A DNA stretch of 64,000 nucleotides, from positions 64,001-128,000 of the forward strand of contig CBDUPA010000006.1 in NCBI GenBank assembly GCA_965368975.1, in the 5' to 3' direction. Below the pieces are notes generated by a model, which had not been told where the DNA came from, ran no database searches, and was given only the letters and a program-made list of their open reading frames with translations. Both the position numbers and the translations under genes were made by a program. Within the stretch, counting starts at the first letter, position 1, and the number at the start of each line of letters is the position of its first letter. The stretch is from an uncultured bacterium (GTDB lineage: Bacteria; Acidobacteriota; Thermoanaerobaculia; Multivoradales; JAHZIX01). Shown in pieces: positions 27,091-40,800 of the stretch.

Positions 27091-28665
27091 TCAAATTCCA
27101 GAAGGAGTATTTTCTTGACTCGGTGGTTCCTGACTTCTTGACTCTTGTCCCGCTGCCGGCAATTCCTCCCTGCCGACCGCGAACACGTGATGGCGGCCGC
27201 GTACGTACAGGGTTCCCTCAGAGAGCGCGGGTGTCGCCATCAGAACCTCGCCCATCGGGTTGGTGGCGATCTGCTCGAATTCCGGTCCCGTCTTGATGAC
27301 GAAGACGTCGCCGTCTTCGCTCGCCAGGTAGAGTCTCCCGTCGGCTGCGACCGGTGAGGCGCTGAAGCCGCCGCCGCGGTGGTGCAGGCGCTCGCGGTAG
27401 TACCGCTCGCCGGTGCGCAGGTCGTAGCAGTCGAGGATGCCCTGGTTGAGGATCGAGTACAGGTAGTCGCCATAGATCAACGGTGTCGGCATGTAGGGTC
27501 CGTCGCCGCTGCGGCTCCACAGCACGTTCTCGCTAGAGGTTTGTCCTTCGGCCAGGGTGATATCGCCGCGTGGCCCCGGGCGCAAAGCGAAGATCGGCTT
27601 CTCGGGACGTCGACCGCTGGCCACGATCAGGATGTCGTCCTGAAACACGGGTGTCGGTGCCGTGATCTGGGAGCTGCCACCGAGTCGCCATAGTTCTTTG
27701 CCGGTGTACGGGTCGTAGCCCTGGATGAAGTTGGAGGCGTTGGTCACCAGTTCGGGGGTCTTGCCGTCGGCTCCGCCGTGCGGGTACACGGTGGGCGTAC
27801 CCCAGGACGGCAGCTCGTCGCGCTCGGTACGCCAGACGGTCTTGCCGGTGTCGAGGTCGAGCGCGATCAGGAAATCCTCGTCGGTGATGGTGTCAGCCTG
27901 CACGATCGCCATGCCGTCAAAGATGATCGGCGAACTGGCCATACCCCACTCGTAGTCCGGGGCGTTGTAGGCGGCCGAGATCAGCACGCCCAAGTCGCGG
28001 CTCCACTTGGGCTCGCCGTCGACGGTGAAGGCGTGGACGCCCTGGGAGGCGAAGAAGGCGACCACGGTCTCGCCATCGGTCACCGGGCTGGAGTTGGCGT
28101 AGGTGGCCTTGATGTGGCGGCCGGCCTTCGGCACGCCCTCGTACGCCGTGCGCTGCCACAAAATCTCGCCGCTGTGCTTGTCCAGCGCGTAGAGCACGAA
28201 GCGGTGCAAGGCGTCGCGATCAGAGGCGGTGGTGCCGTCACCGTAGAGGCCGGGCTTGAACTGCGGATCTTCGTCGCGCGCGTTGACCGCGCTGGTGACG
28301 AACAGGCGGTCGCCCCAGATCACTGGACTGGCGTGCGACAATCCGGGAATGGACTGTTTCCAGCGCAAGTGCGTGCCGTCCTCGGCGGACCAATGATCCG
28401 GCAGGTGCTGGCCATCGACGACCCCGGATGCGTCCGGGCCGCGGAAGCTCGGCCAGTGGACGGTGCGGGGCGGTGCCGTCTGTGCCGCTGGTGCCGCCGG
28501 TGCTGCCGCAGGGCTACCGACTGGTGTCGCATCGTTCTGCGGCGCGCCGTTCTGTGTTGCGCCGTCCTGTGTCGCGGCGTTCTGTGCTGCCGTCAGGGGC
28601 AGTGCGATCAAGCCGCAGACCAGTAGTGCACTGGAGAGGGCATTTGCAAGCTTAGTTACAGTCAT
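27091..28665 (-). CDS. PQQ-binding-like beta-propeller protein
   Basis: Signal peptide, WPSFRGP..SG, repeated SPV/TP..alD..TG...W blades; AGGAGG RBS before ATG 28665. Confidence 0.88.
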   Translation of the reverse strand: MTVTKLANALSSALLVCGLIALPLTAAQNAATQDGATQNGAPQNDATPVGSPAAAPAAPAAQTAPPRTVHWPSFRGPDASGVVDGQHLPDHWSAEDGTHLRWKQSIPGLSHASPVIWGDRLFVTSAVNARDEDPQFKPGLYGDGTTASDRDALHRFVLYALDKHSGEILWQRTAYEGVPKAGRHIKATYANSSPVTDGETVVAFFASQGVHAFTVDGEPKWSRDLGVLISAAYNAPDYEWGMASSPIIFDGMAIVQADTITDEDFLIALDLDTGKTVWRTERDELPSWGTPTVYPHGGADGKTPELVTNASNFIQGYDPYTGKELWRLGGSSQITAPTPVFQDDILIVASGRRPEKPIFALRPGPRGDITLAEGQTSSENVLWSRSGDGPYMPTPLIYGDYLYSILNQGILDCYDLRTGERYYRERLHHRGGGFSASPVAADGRLYLASEDGDVFVIKTGPEFEQIATNPMGEVLMATPALSEGTLYVRGRHHVFAVGREELPAAGQESRSQEPPSQENTPSGI

Positions 28666-28825
28666 TCTGAGGTCCTCCTGTGTCCTCAGCATACAGCACG
28701 CGCCGAGGCCATCTTCCCCTAGAATGAGGAGACGGTTTGTTGCTGGATGTGCTGGTCTAGCTGGTTGTTCGGGTCCGAAGGTTTGCCCTCATCGTAGAGA
28801 GCTATCGCGTAGGGAGCGCTGATTC

Positions 28826-31800
28826 ATGAGTATGCGAGGTCGCGGTGACTTCGGCGGCATGTCCGCCGAGGATCGCGAGTTGTTCGAGCTGCTGCTGGCC
28901 GAGGAAGGCCTGGAGCTGGAGGAGGAACCGGCCGCGCAGGCGATCCAGCCGCGCGAGGATGTCGAGGAACGGCCGCTGTCGTTCGCGCAGCAGCGCTTGT
29001 GGTTGCTCGACCAGCTGGAGCCCGGCAATCCTGCCTACAACATGCCCTTCGTGCTGCGCTTGCAAGGGGAGCTGCAGCCGCGGATCTGGCAAAGCAGCCT
29101 GGACGCGCTGCAGCGACGGCACGAAGCCCTGCGCACGACGTTCAGCCGCCGCCAGGATGCCAATTCTAGCGATGACGACTCGCCTCGGCAGCTGGTCACC
29201 GAGCCGGCGCGCGCGGCGCGTTCGTTGCCGGTAGTGGACCTACAGAGACTGCCGCGGGATCAGGTGCAAGCGGTGGCCGAAGCTCTGGTGCGCCGCGACG
29301 TGCTGGGGTCGTTCGACCTGGCGCGCGGACCGCTGTTTCGCTACTGCCTGCTGCGCCAGGCGCCGGGCGATCACATCTTTCTGCTCAACATGCACCACAT
29401 CGTCTCGGACGGCTGGTCGATGGGTGTGCTCGTGCGTGAAACGGTGGCGCTCTACGAGGCGTTCCTAGCAGGTCGGCCGTCACCCTTGCCACCGCTGGAC
29501 ATTCAGTACACGGACTTCGCCGTCTGGCAACGTCGCTGGGCGGCCGAAGGCGGGTTGGACGCGCAGCTCGACTACTGGCGCCAGCAGCTGTCCGCGGGCG
29601 ACGGCATCGACGCGGTGCTGGAATTGCCCGGCGACTATCCGCGGCCATCGCAGGCCAGCTTCCTTGGAGCGAGTGCCGGCGTGCTGCTGGGCCCTGCAGT
29701 TCTGGACGCCGCCAAGGCGCTGGTGGATCGGGCCGGCGGCACGCTGTTCATGCTGCTGCTGGCAGCCTTCGGTTCGTTCCTCGGACGGCTGACGGGGCGC
29801 CACGACGTGCGCATCGGTTCGCCGATCGCCAATCGCAATCGCAGCGAGCTGGAAGCGCTGATTGGCTTCTTCGTCAACACGCTGGTGTTCCGTGTCGACC
29901 TGAAAGCTCCAGATGACGGGCCAGCGTCCTTCGAGCACCTCTTGCGCCAGGTGCGCGACACGACCCTGGCCGCCTACGAGCACCAGGATCTACCCTTCGA
30001 GCGGCTGGTCGAAGAGCTGCGCCCGCAGCGTCACTTGGGGCACGCACCCCTGTTCCAGGTCATGCTGGTGCTGCAGAATCAGCCCACGGGGGCGGTCGAG
30101 TTGCCCGGCTTGCAGCTGGCACCGGTGTCGATTCCGGACGAAGCCACCAAATTCGACCTCACCGTCTACGCCACGGAGAGGAGCGGTCACCTGCTGCTGC
30201 AGACGCGCTTCCGGCGCCAGCTCTTCGAGCCGGTGACGGTACAGCGCTGGCTGCGCGGCCTGCAGCGACTGCTGAGTGTCGCGGTGCAGAATCCACAAAA
30301 GCCGGTCGAGGCGCTGCCCTGGTTCACCGTCGCCGAGATGCACCAAGTGACGCGAGAGTGGAGCCTGTCTATTCCGTCCACTGCCGCCAGGGCAAACGTG
30401 GAGGCACCGGACCTCCTGCAGCTCTTCGAAGCACAGGCGGCGCGACGCCCGGCGGTACTGGCGTTGACCTCCGGCGACAGGCAGTGGAGTTACGCTGGCC
30501 TCGACGCCGAGGCATCGGCGCTGGCGCACTGGTTGCGTGGCGACGATGCTGGCTCCGGTTCCAGCTCAGCACCGTCTTGGGTCGTGTTGCTGTTGCCGCG
30601 CTCGGCATGGACGGTGCTGGCGCAGCTGGCCGCTTGGAAAGCCGGAAGTGCCTGCGTGCCACTCGATGTCGACCAACCGCCGGCGCGTCTGCAGCGTGTG
30701 CTGGAGGCACTGGTTGCTGAAGCTCCAGCGGAGTCAGGGTCGGTACTGCGTGTGCTCACCTGGAGCGGCCTGCCCGACGCAATCCGTGAGAGCGTGCGTG
30801 CGACTCTGGGAGAGCGCCCTGATGTCGCGATGCTGGACCTGGATCGCCAGCGGGCGCGCTGGACGTCGAGCCCACCGTTGACCAGCTCCGCCCCCGCGAG
30901 TCTCAGCGAGGTGCCGGACGCGGCGCAGCTCGCCTACGTCCTGTTCACCTCCGGTTCCACCGGCGTGCCCAAGGGCGTGGCGGTCAGCCGGGGTGCCGTG
31001 GCAGCGTACACGGCGGCGATCCTCGAACGACTGGATCTTGCTGTCAATGAACCCATCGACGCGACCGTCGTCTCGACACCAGCCGCCGACCTCGGCAACA
31101 CCGCCATCTTCGCCGCCCTGGCCAGCGGAGGCACGCTGCAGATCCTGACGCGATCGCAGGTGCTGGACCCGCGGCTGGCCGCCGAGGCGCTGGCGCGTCG
31201 AAGTACCGACCTGCTGAAGATCGTCCCCAGCCACCTGGAAGCGCTACTCGCCGCTGATGGTGATACCGCCGAGGGCGATACTTCCGATGGCGATACCGCC
31301 CTGCTGCCGCGCCGCTTCCTGGTGCTGGGGGGCGAGGCGCTGGCGTGGACACTGGTGGACCGCGTCCGGAAGCTGGCGCGGCGGTCGTCGAGACGGCTCG
31401 CTGTACTCAATCACTACGGTCCGACCGAAGCGACGGTCGGCGCGCTGGCCTGGAACCTCGGTGCGGTACCTGTCCAGGAGCCGATCCAGGAGCCGATTCA
31501 GGAGTTCAGCCTCGAGCGCGCGGGTTGCCGCAGCGTACCGGTGGGGCGCCCGTTGCTCGGCTACCGCGCGCATGTCGTGGGTCGCGAGGGAGATGTATCT
31601 CCGGCGCTGGTGCCCGGTGAGCTGTGGCTGGGTGGCCGCGCGCTGGCTCGGGGCTACCTGGCCGACCCGGCACGCACGGCTGAAGTCTTTATCCCCGATG
31701 GCCTGACCCCCCAGATAACCCCGTCCGCGCTGGCCTCGCCCGGTGACCGTCTCTACCGTACCGGGGACCTGGTGCGACGCCGGCACGACGGCAAGGTCGA

Positions 31801-34800
31801 ATTCCTGGGCCGCATCGATCAGCAGCTGAAGGTGCGCGGCTATCGCGTCGAACTGGGGGAGGTCGAAGCCGCGCTGCGTACGTTGCCGGGGGTGCGCGAA
31901 GCGGCTGTGGTCCTGCGTGCGGAGAGTTCAGGTGCTGGCGAACTCGTCGCCTTCGTCGTGCCCGAGGCTGGCTTCGAGTCCGCCCGAGCGCGGGCCGCGC
32001 TGGCAGAGCGCTTGCCGTCCTACATGGTGCCCGCGCTGCTGGTCGATCTCGATGCCCTGCCGCTCAACGCCAACGGCAAGCTGGACCGGCGCGCCCTGCG
32101 GCAGCTGGCGCTCGACGGCGTCGCCAGCGTCCAGGCCGAGGACGCGCACGTGGCGCCGCGTACCAAGACCGAAGCGCGCGTCGCCGCCGTCTACGCGGAG
32201 ATCCTGGGCCTGGTCCCGGCCAAGGACGACCTGGTCCCGGCTCAGAATGATGAGGCCGCGATGGAGGAGGGTGCAAAGGAGGCGGGTGCCGAGACCGTCA
32301 GCGTCGAGACCAGTTTCTTCGACCTCGGCGGACACTCGCTGCTCGCCACCCGTGCCGTCTCGCGCTTGCGCCGCGCCTTCGAGGCCGATCTACCGGGCCT
32401 GGAGCTACCGCTGCGCATCCTGTTCGAGCGACCCTCGGCGGCAGCCCTGGCGGCCTGGTTGGACGAGCAGCGCCAGGCAGGTGAATACGTAGCGCAGCGC
32501 TCAGCCTTGCCCTCGATCCAGGCCGAACCTCGACGCCCGTCGCGGCTGCCGCTGTCCTTCTCGCAGGAACGCCTGTGGATCTTGCACCAGCTGGATCCGC
32601 AGAGCATCGCCTACAACGTTCCGTCCGCCCTGCGTCTGCGCGGTCTCTTCGACGACCGGCGTCTGGCCTCGGCGCTCAGCGAGGTCGCACGGCGGCACGA
32701 AGTGTTGCGCACGACGTTCCCGGCCGTCGAGGATACCGTCGAGGAAGACCCGAGCGGCACCAGGGTCTCGATGGAAGCCGAGCAGCGCATCGCCGCGCCG
32801 CGACCGGTGCCGGTACCGCGCGTCGACCTGCGGCGTCTTCCGGGGAGCGGCCGAGACGGGGCACGCTACGCGGAAGCTCAGCGCCTAGCGGTCGCCGAGG
32901 GTCGCCGTCCCTTCGACCTGCGCAGCGGCCCGGTGTGGCGCGTCATCCTCTTGCAACTGGACGCCGACGCGACGAAGCCGGAAGCGATTCTGCTACTGAC
33001 CTTGCACCACATCGTCTCCGACGCCTGGTCGCGCGCCGTGCTGACGCGCGAACTGGTGGCGCTCTACGAGGGCCGGCAGCTCGACCCACTGCCTTTGCAG
33101 TACGCGGACTATGCGCTGTGGCAGCGTCGCTACCTGGAAGGCAAGGTGCTGGACGCACAGCTCGAGTACTGGCGCCGTCAGCTGGCCGGCGCCCCAACGG
33201 TTCTCGAACTGCCCACCGACCATCCTCGGCCGCCGGTGCAGCGGGCGCTCGGCGATCACCAGTGGCGCCGCCTGACGCCGGAGTTGACCGTCGCGCTGGT
33301 GTCGCTGGCGCGGGCCGATGGCGCGACGATGTTCATGCTGCTGCTGACCGCCTTCGGCATTCTGCTCTCGCGCTATACGAGTCCATCGAGTGGCAATTCC
33401 AGCCTGTTGATCGGCTCTCCCATCGCGAACCGTCATCGCGAGGAGATCGAGCCGCTGATCGGCTTCTTCGTCAACACCCTGGTGCTGCGCCTGGACATCG
33501 ACGGCGACGCCGACTTCCGCCAGCTGCTGGCCCAGGCCAAGATCATGGCACTCGACGCCTACGCCCACCAGGACTTGCCCTTCGAGCGCCTGGTCGAAGC
33601 GCTGGACCCGCAGCGCGACCTCAGCCGTAGTCCGCTGTTCCAAGTCATGTTCGTGCTGCAGAACGCGCCGCGCGCCACGGTGGCTTCGTCCGAGGACCAG
33701 CTGGCGGATCTCGAATTCGAAGGGGTCGAGGCGGAGACCGGTGTCGCCAAGTTCGACCTGACGCTGGCGGCCGTCGAGGCTCCCCTCGCTGCCCCCACCG
33801 ATGGGCCCAGCGACGCGCACGACACGCTCGGCCTGACGCTCAGCCTGGAGCGCAACCGCGACCTCTTCGACGCCACCACCGCGCAGCGGATGCTCGCGCA
33901 CCTGGAGCAGTTGCTCGCCGCCGTCGTGGCGGCACCGGAAACGGCAGCCGGACAGCTACCGTTGCTCACGCTCGCCGAGCGGGGCCAGCTCGTCGAGTGG
34001 GAACGCGACGAGTTTCCGGAAGAGCTCCCACACTCGGATCCGGATTCGATGTCACGGCCGACCTCACTGCCGATCTCGCTGCCCATCTCGCTACAGGGGC
34101 CGGTTCTCGAACGAGCGCTCGATAGGCCCGACGCCGTCGCCCTGGTGGCCGGCCGGCAGGTGGTCACCTACGGCGAGTTCGGCCGCCAGATCGAGCACCT
34201 GGCGCGCCGCCTGGTGCAGGCGGGAGTCGGCGTCGACGATCGCGTCGCGGTGCTGGCGGATCGCAGCGTCGAGCAGGTGACCGCGCAGCTGGCGATCCTG
34301 GCCGCTGGCGGGGCCTTCGTGCCGCTCGATCCGGAGTACCCGCTACGCCGCCTGGCCTTCATGGTTGCCGATGCACGTCCGGCGGTGGTGCTGGTGCAAC
34401 CACACCTGCACGAGCTGGCGCGCGACGTCCTGGCCGACACCGGTTGCCCACGCATCGAGCTGGCCCTGGAGCGCCAGCGGCTCGGTTCGGAGCGCCAGCA
34501 CGAGGTGTCGGCCTTGCCGCCGCTACCAGGCAAGCTGCCGCGCTCGACGTCACCCCTGCAGGCCGCCTACCTGATCTACACCTCGGGCAGCACCGGCAAG
34601 CCCAAGGGCGTGTTGATCCCACATGCGGCGATTGTGCAGCAGCTGCTCTGGAGCCAGCGCAACCTACCGCTGACGCCCGCCGACGCGATGCTGATCAAGA
34701 CCGCCGCCAGCTTCGACGTCGCGGTGTGGGAGCTGTTCGCGCCGCTGTGGGCCGGCGCGCGCACGGTGCTGGCACGGCCGGGTGGTCAGAAGGACAGCGC

Positions 34801-37800
34801 CTACCTGGTGCGCAGCTGCCGGCGTGCACAGGTCAGTCACCTGCACTTCGTACCCTCGCAGCTGGAACTGTTCGTCGAGCGCGTCGAGACGGAGCAGGCC
34901 GAAGGTACGGGCACCTGCTCGACGCTGCGGCGCGTGTGCACGGCCGGTGAAGCCCTGCCTCGGCGCCTGAGTCAGCGCCTGGCGCAGGCACTGCCGGGCA
35001 CGCGCCTGTTCAACCTCTATGGCCCCACCGAGACGATCGTCGTCGACTCCTGCTATCCGGTGCCGGCCGCCGGGGCGCGTGTCACCGTGTCGCAGACGGT
35101 ACCCCTGGGCCGGCCGTTCCGCGGCGTACGCTTCCGGGTGCTCGATACCTGGGGACAGCGGGTCCCGGTCGGCGTGCCAGGGCACCTGCACATCGGTGGC
35201 GACCAGCTGGCGCGCGGCTACCTCGACCGTCCGGCGGTCACCGCGGCGGTGTTCATTCCGGACGACGACGTGACAGCGGAGCCGGGCAGCCGCCAGTACC
35301 GCAGTGGCGATCGCGTTCGCTGGCTGACCGGCGGTGATCTCGAATTCTTTGGCCGTCTCGACCACCAGCTCAAGCTCCGCGGTTTGCGCCTGGAGCCGGC
35401 CGAGATCGAGGCGCGATTGCAGGAACATCCGGCGGTGCAGCAGGCGGTCGTCCTGGCGCGCCGCTCGCCGGCCGGGGACGAGCGTCTCGTCGCCTACCTG
35501 GTCACCGAAGGACGACAAGACGCCGATCCCAGCCTCGCGCCCGCCGAGCTGCGCCGCCACGTACAACAGACGCTGCCCGAGTTCATGGTGCCGGCGCTGT
35601 TCGAGGTGGTCCCCGAGCTACCCCTGGGGCCCGGTGGCAAGCTGGACCGCCGAGCCCTACCGGAGCCGTCCTGGCGCAGTGGTCTCGAGGCGTCGGGTTC
35701 CTCGGGTCGGCCGCCGCGGGGCCAGCTGGAAGAACTCTTGGCCGACTTCTTCGCCGAAGTCCTGGGGCTGTCTATCCAGGCTGAACCTCGCCAGGACGAG
35801 CCTCTCCAAGAAGAGCCCCTCCAGCAAGAAGCCGTATCGATCAACGCCGAGCGCAGCTTCTTCGACCTCGGTGGCCATTCGCTGCTGGCGGTACGGCTAC
35901 TGTCGCGCGTACGCCGGGCAACGGGTGTCGATCTGCCGCTGCGTGTCCTCTTCGAGGCACCCACAGTGGCGCAGCTGGCGCGCCGCTTGGAGGCAGAGCA
36001 GCTGAGTGCCCCGAGTGACGATGCGGGCGCTTGGGTGCCGGTACCGCGTGTCGAGGGAGAGGCCCTGCCGCTGGCGCCGCAACAGGAGCGTCTGTGGTTC
36101 CTCGATCAGCTCGAAGGCGGCAGCGGGTACAACCTGAGTTTGGCGTTGTTGCTGCAGGAGCGCTCCCTCCCCGCGGAAAACCAGTTGGAAGACTCGACGC
36201 CGGATTCGTCTGGGGCAGGGCCAGCCCCGAGCGTATCCGCCTTCTCCGCCGCGTTGAACGCCGTCGTAGCCCGCCACGAGGCGCTGCGCGTCGTCTTCGA
36301 ACCGCCGCGCACGGATCGCGAGACGCCGAGCCAGTGCGTGCAACCGGTGGCACCGGTGCCGCTGCCGGTGGTCGATCTGCGGAGTGTCGCTACGGTGCAC
36401 GAAGAAGAGCTCGCGCGTCGCCTAGCCCGCGCATGGGTCGCTCAGCCGTTCGATCTGCGGACTGGGCCGTTGCTGCGCGCGCTCTGGTTGCGTCTGCGTT
36501 CTGTGCGGCCCCCGGGGTCTCCCTTGGATTGTCGCTTGGGTCGCGGTGCCCTGGTGCTGGCGCAGCACCACATCTGCGGCGACGGCTGGTCGACCGGTGT
36601 GCTGCTGCGCGAGCTGGCCGCATTCTACCGCGCGCACGTGCTGGCAGCCTCGTCTACATCATCGTTGGCACCCGAATTGGTGCCCTTGCCAGAACCGCTA
36701 CCGCTGCAATATCCCGACTATGCGATCTTGCAGCGTCGCCGGCTCGGGCTCGACCAAGAGACGCAGGACGCGTCGCGGCGCAGTGGTGTGCTCGCCGCGC
36801 AGGTGGACTGGTGGCAGCGTCGCTTGACCGTCGACGGGGAGGCATTGCCGCCGCTCGATCTGCCTGTCGACCGTCCGCGCAGCACCAGCATGGGCGCTGC
36901 CGGGCAGCTGCCTATCGTCCTGCCGGACGCCACCGCGCGCCAGCTCGATGATCTCGGCCGCGCTTCCGGTGCCACCGCCTTCATGGTGCACCTGGCGCTC
37001 TACGCCGCCCTGCTCGGTCGTCTCAGCAGACAGGCAGCGTTCGGCGTTGGCGTGCCGGTGGCTGGTCGCCAGGTCGAGTTGGAGCCACTGATCGGCTTCT
37101 TCGCCAATACTCTGGTGCTGCCCATCGAGCTACCCGCCGAGCCTGGGTCGCGCCTGAGCTTCGCCGAGCTCCTGGAGCAAGTACGCCAGACCGCGCTTGA
37201 AGCCTTCGCGCACCAGGATGTTCCCTTCGAACGCCTGGTGGAAGTGCTGCAACCGCGCCGCGACCTGACCCGCCCGCCGCTGTTCCAGGTCATGTTCGAT
37301 CTGGCGCACGCCAGTGCCGCGCCGCTGCCCGAGCTGCCCGGCGTCGACGTGCTGCCCATGGGCGTCGAAGTCGCGAGCGCCAAGTTCGAACTAACCTTCA
37401 GCCTGTTCCAGGATCCGTCAGGGCTCGGTGGCGGTCTTGAATACGATGCCAGCCGCTTCGACGCCAGCACCATCCGTCGCTGGCTGCGCGCCTGGAGCGT
37501 CCTGGCCACGGCCGCTGCCGGGGCACCGGATCAGCCGCTAGCAGAGCTGCCGTGGTTGGATGTCGCTGAGCGGCACCAGTTGCTGCGCGAGTGGAGCGAA
37601 CCGTCGAGCCAGCTGGTGCAGGCCTCACCGCCGATGCAGGCACCGGAACTGCTGGACACGCTGGCGCAGCGTGCCGCCGAGATCCCGGACGCCATTGCAG
37701 TGGAAGCACCAGTGGAAGCTACTGGAGAGTCGGGGAGGTACCTGAGCTACCGGGACCTGCTGCGTCGTGTGCAGGTACGGGCCGACGAACTTCGGGCATC

Positions 37801-40800
37801 TGGGGTCGGTGTCGAGAGCATTGTGCCCGTCGATCTGCCGCGTTCGTCGGAGCTGATCGTCGAGTTGCTGGCGGTGCTGACTGCCGGGGCGGCGTATCTG
37901 CCGCTCGATCCGAAGCTGCCGGCGACGCGGCGAGACGAGCTGATGGCGGATGTGGGCACCCTCGCGGGATCTCCCCCGACCCAGAAGCTGGCAAGCCAGG
38001 AGCTGCCAAGACTGCCCGCCGAGCGCGCGGCGTACGTCATCTACACCTCCGGTTCCACCGGCAAGCCGAAGGGGGTCATTGTCAGCGCCGGGGCGCTTTC
38101 GACCTACGTCCACGACGCCGCGCGACGCTTCCGTCTCGGGCCCGGCAGCCGGGTCCTGCAGTTCGCTTCGGTAAGCTTCGACGCCGCCGCCGAAGAGATC
38201 TACCCGACGCTCTTGGCGGGCGGCACCCTGGTGCTGCGCAGCGAGCACATGCTGGCCGGGCCAGCCGATTTCCTGGACGCCTGCCGCCGCCGCGCAGTCG
38301 ATGTTCTCGACTTGCCGACCGCCTGGTGGCACGAACTGGTGCCGGCGTTGGCACAAGGGGTCGCCAGCTGGCCACCATCCGTGCGTCGCGTCATCCTGGG
38401 TGGCGAGGCGGTGCGACCGGACAGCGTGCGCGACGGCTTGCAGCATGCCGTGGGTGTCGAGCTGCTCAACACCTACGGACCCACCGAGGCCACCATCGTT
38501 GCCACCGAAGCACGCTTGTCGCCGCGGTCCGCGCGCACCCGTGCTCCGATCGGTCGACCTGTTGCCGGAACCTACGCCCGCGTCCTGGACCCGTGGCTAC
38601 GACCGGTGCCTGCCGGCGTCGCGGGCGAGCTGACGCTGGGCGGCAGCGGCCTGGCACGTGGCTACCTGCGCCGGCCGGCGCACACCGCCGCCGTTTTCGT
38701 GCCCGATCCGTGGAGCCGCGAGGATGCCGGCGCCCGCCTGTACCGCACCGGTGATCGCGTGCGCTGGCTGACCGACGGACGCCTCGATTTCCTCGGCCGC
38801 CTGGATCGGCAGCTCAAGCTGCGCGGCTTCCGCATCGAACCGGGCGAGATCGAGGCCTGCCTGGCGGCGCATCCGCGCGTCAGCAGCGCGGCGGCCGTTC
38901 TTCAGGGAGCAGGGGTTCAGGGAGAAGAGACCCAGGAAGAAGGCCCGCGTCTCGTTGCTTTCGCCGCCGTCCAGCCGCAAGCTGACGAAGCCGTCTCAGC
39001 CGAGTTGCAGGCCGAGTTGCAGGCCGAGTTGCAGGCCGAGTTGCACGCCGAGTTGCGCGCTGAGCTGCACGAGGCGCTGCGCCAGCAGCTACCCGCCTAC
39101 ATGGTGCCGGCGCACGTCGAGGTGATCGAGTCCCTGCCCTTGACCTCGACCGGCAAGGTCGACCGGCGTGCGCTGGTGCTACGCGAGCTGCACCACGCCG
39201 TGCGCACCAAGACGCCACCCTCGACGCCGGAAGAAGCTCTGGTGGCCGAAATCTGGTCGCAGGTGCTGGCGATCGACGCCGCGGCGCTCGGTCGCGACGA
39301 CGACTTCTTCCAGCTCGGTGGCCACTCGCTGCTGGCGACGCGCGTGCTGGCGCGTCTACGGCGGGCCTTCGCCCCGGAAGCTTCCGAGGCCCCTGAAGCT
39401 TCCGAGGCCCCTGAAGCCAATGCAGGTGCACAGCACGAGCTGGACGTCCAGCTGAGCGCCCTGTTCGAGTACCCGACGCTGGCCGCGCTCGCTCGTCACC
39501 TGGGCCAACTGCGCCGCGACGGTGAAGCGTCTACCTCCGCCGCGTCCTCACCCGTGCCTGTGGCGCGCGATCGCCCCCTGCCGCTGTCCTTCGCTCAGCA
39601 ACGTCTGTGGTTCCTCCAGCAGCTGGACCCTGACCTGACCGCCTACAACATGCCGACAGCCTTGCGTCTCAATGGCCGCCTGCAGCCGGCCCGTTTGGCC
39701 GCGGCCCTCAGCGCCGTCGTGGCGCGTCACGAAGTGCTGCGCACGCGCTATCGCGCGCTCGGGCCGGAGCAGGTGATCGATGTCGCGGCACCGGTCCCCA
39801 TGCCGCTAGTCGACCTCAGTGGGCTCCCAGCCGCGGTGGTCTCCGGGGAGGCGCGGCGCCTGGCCGTCCGCGATGCTCGTACTCCCTTCGACCTGGCGCG
39901 CGGCCCAGTGCTGCGCGCGCACCTACTGCGCCTCAGCACTGGCAACGTCGATGCCACCAGCCATGCGGTGCTGCTCAACCTGCACCACATCGCCACCGAC
40001 GGCTGGTCCGAGGCGATCCTGGTGCGCGAGGTGGCAGCTTGCTACGAAGCGGTGGAGAGCGGTCACGAGGACGCCGCCGCGACCCTGCCGCCGCTCGCTC
40101 TGCAGTACGCGGACTACGCGGTGTGGCAACGGCAATGGCTGAGCGGAGACGAACTACAGCGCCAGCTTGACTGGTGGCGGCGGCAGCTGGCCGGGGCGCC
40201 GGAGGTCCTGCAGCTGCCGGTCGACCGCCCTCGACGCCGTCTCGACGAGCGGGAGGCGCAGCGCGGCGCTCGCCGTCCAGTGCGCTTGCCGGCGCCGCTG
40301 GTCGACGACCTGCGAGCCCTGGCGGCGCGCCACGGCGCCACCCTCTTCATGGTGCTCCTGGCTGCCTGGCAAGTGCTCCTCGCCCGGCTCACTGGCAGGC
40401 CGGACGTGCCCGTCGGGACGCCGATCGCTGGGCGCACGCGCGTCGAGGTCGAAGACCTGATAGGTTTGTTTGTCAACACCCTGGTCTTGCGCGGACGTCC
40501 GCGGCAAGCAGAGAGCTTTGGCGACTACCTGGGGCGCACGCGCGGGCAAGTTCTCGAAGCCTGGCGCTACCAGGATCTCCCCTTCGAACGCCTGGTCGAA
40601 GAGCTGCAACCCCAGCGCAGCCTCGACCACACCCCGGTCTTCCAGGTGCTCTTCGTGCTGCAGAACCTGCCGCATACCGAATTACGCCTGAGCGGGTTGA
40701 CGCTGTCGTCGTTCGCCGCGCCGACTCTGGAGGAGACGGCCGCGCCAGGCGCCGAGCACCAAGTCAAGCTGGATCTCGAGCTGGCACTGGCGGAAGTGCC

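Noticed and set aside
38999-39070. CRISPR-like repeat array
   Set aside because: 12-bp contiguous in-frame repeats without spacers; no cas genes
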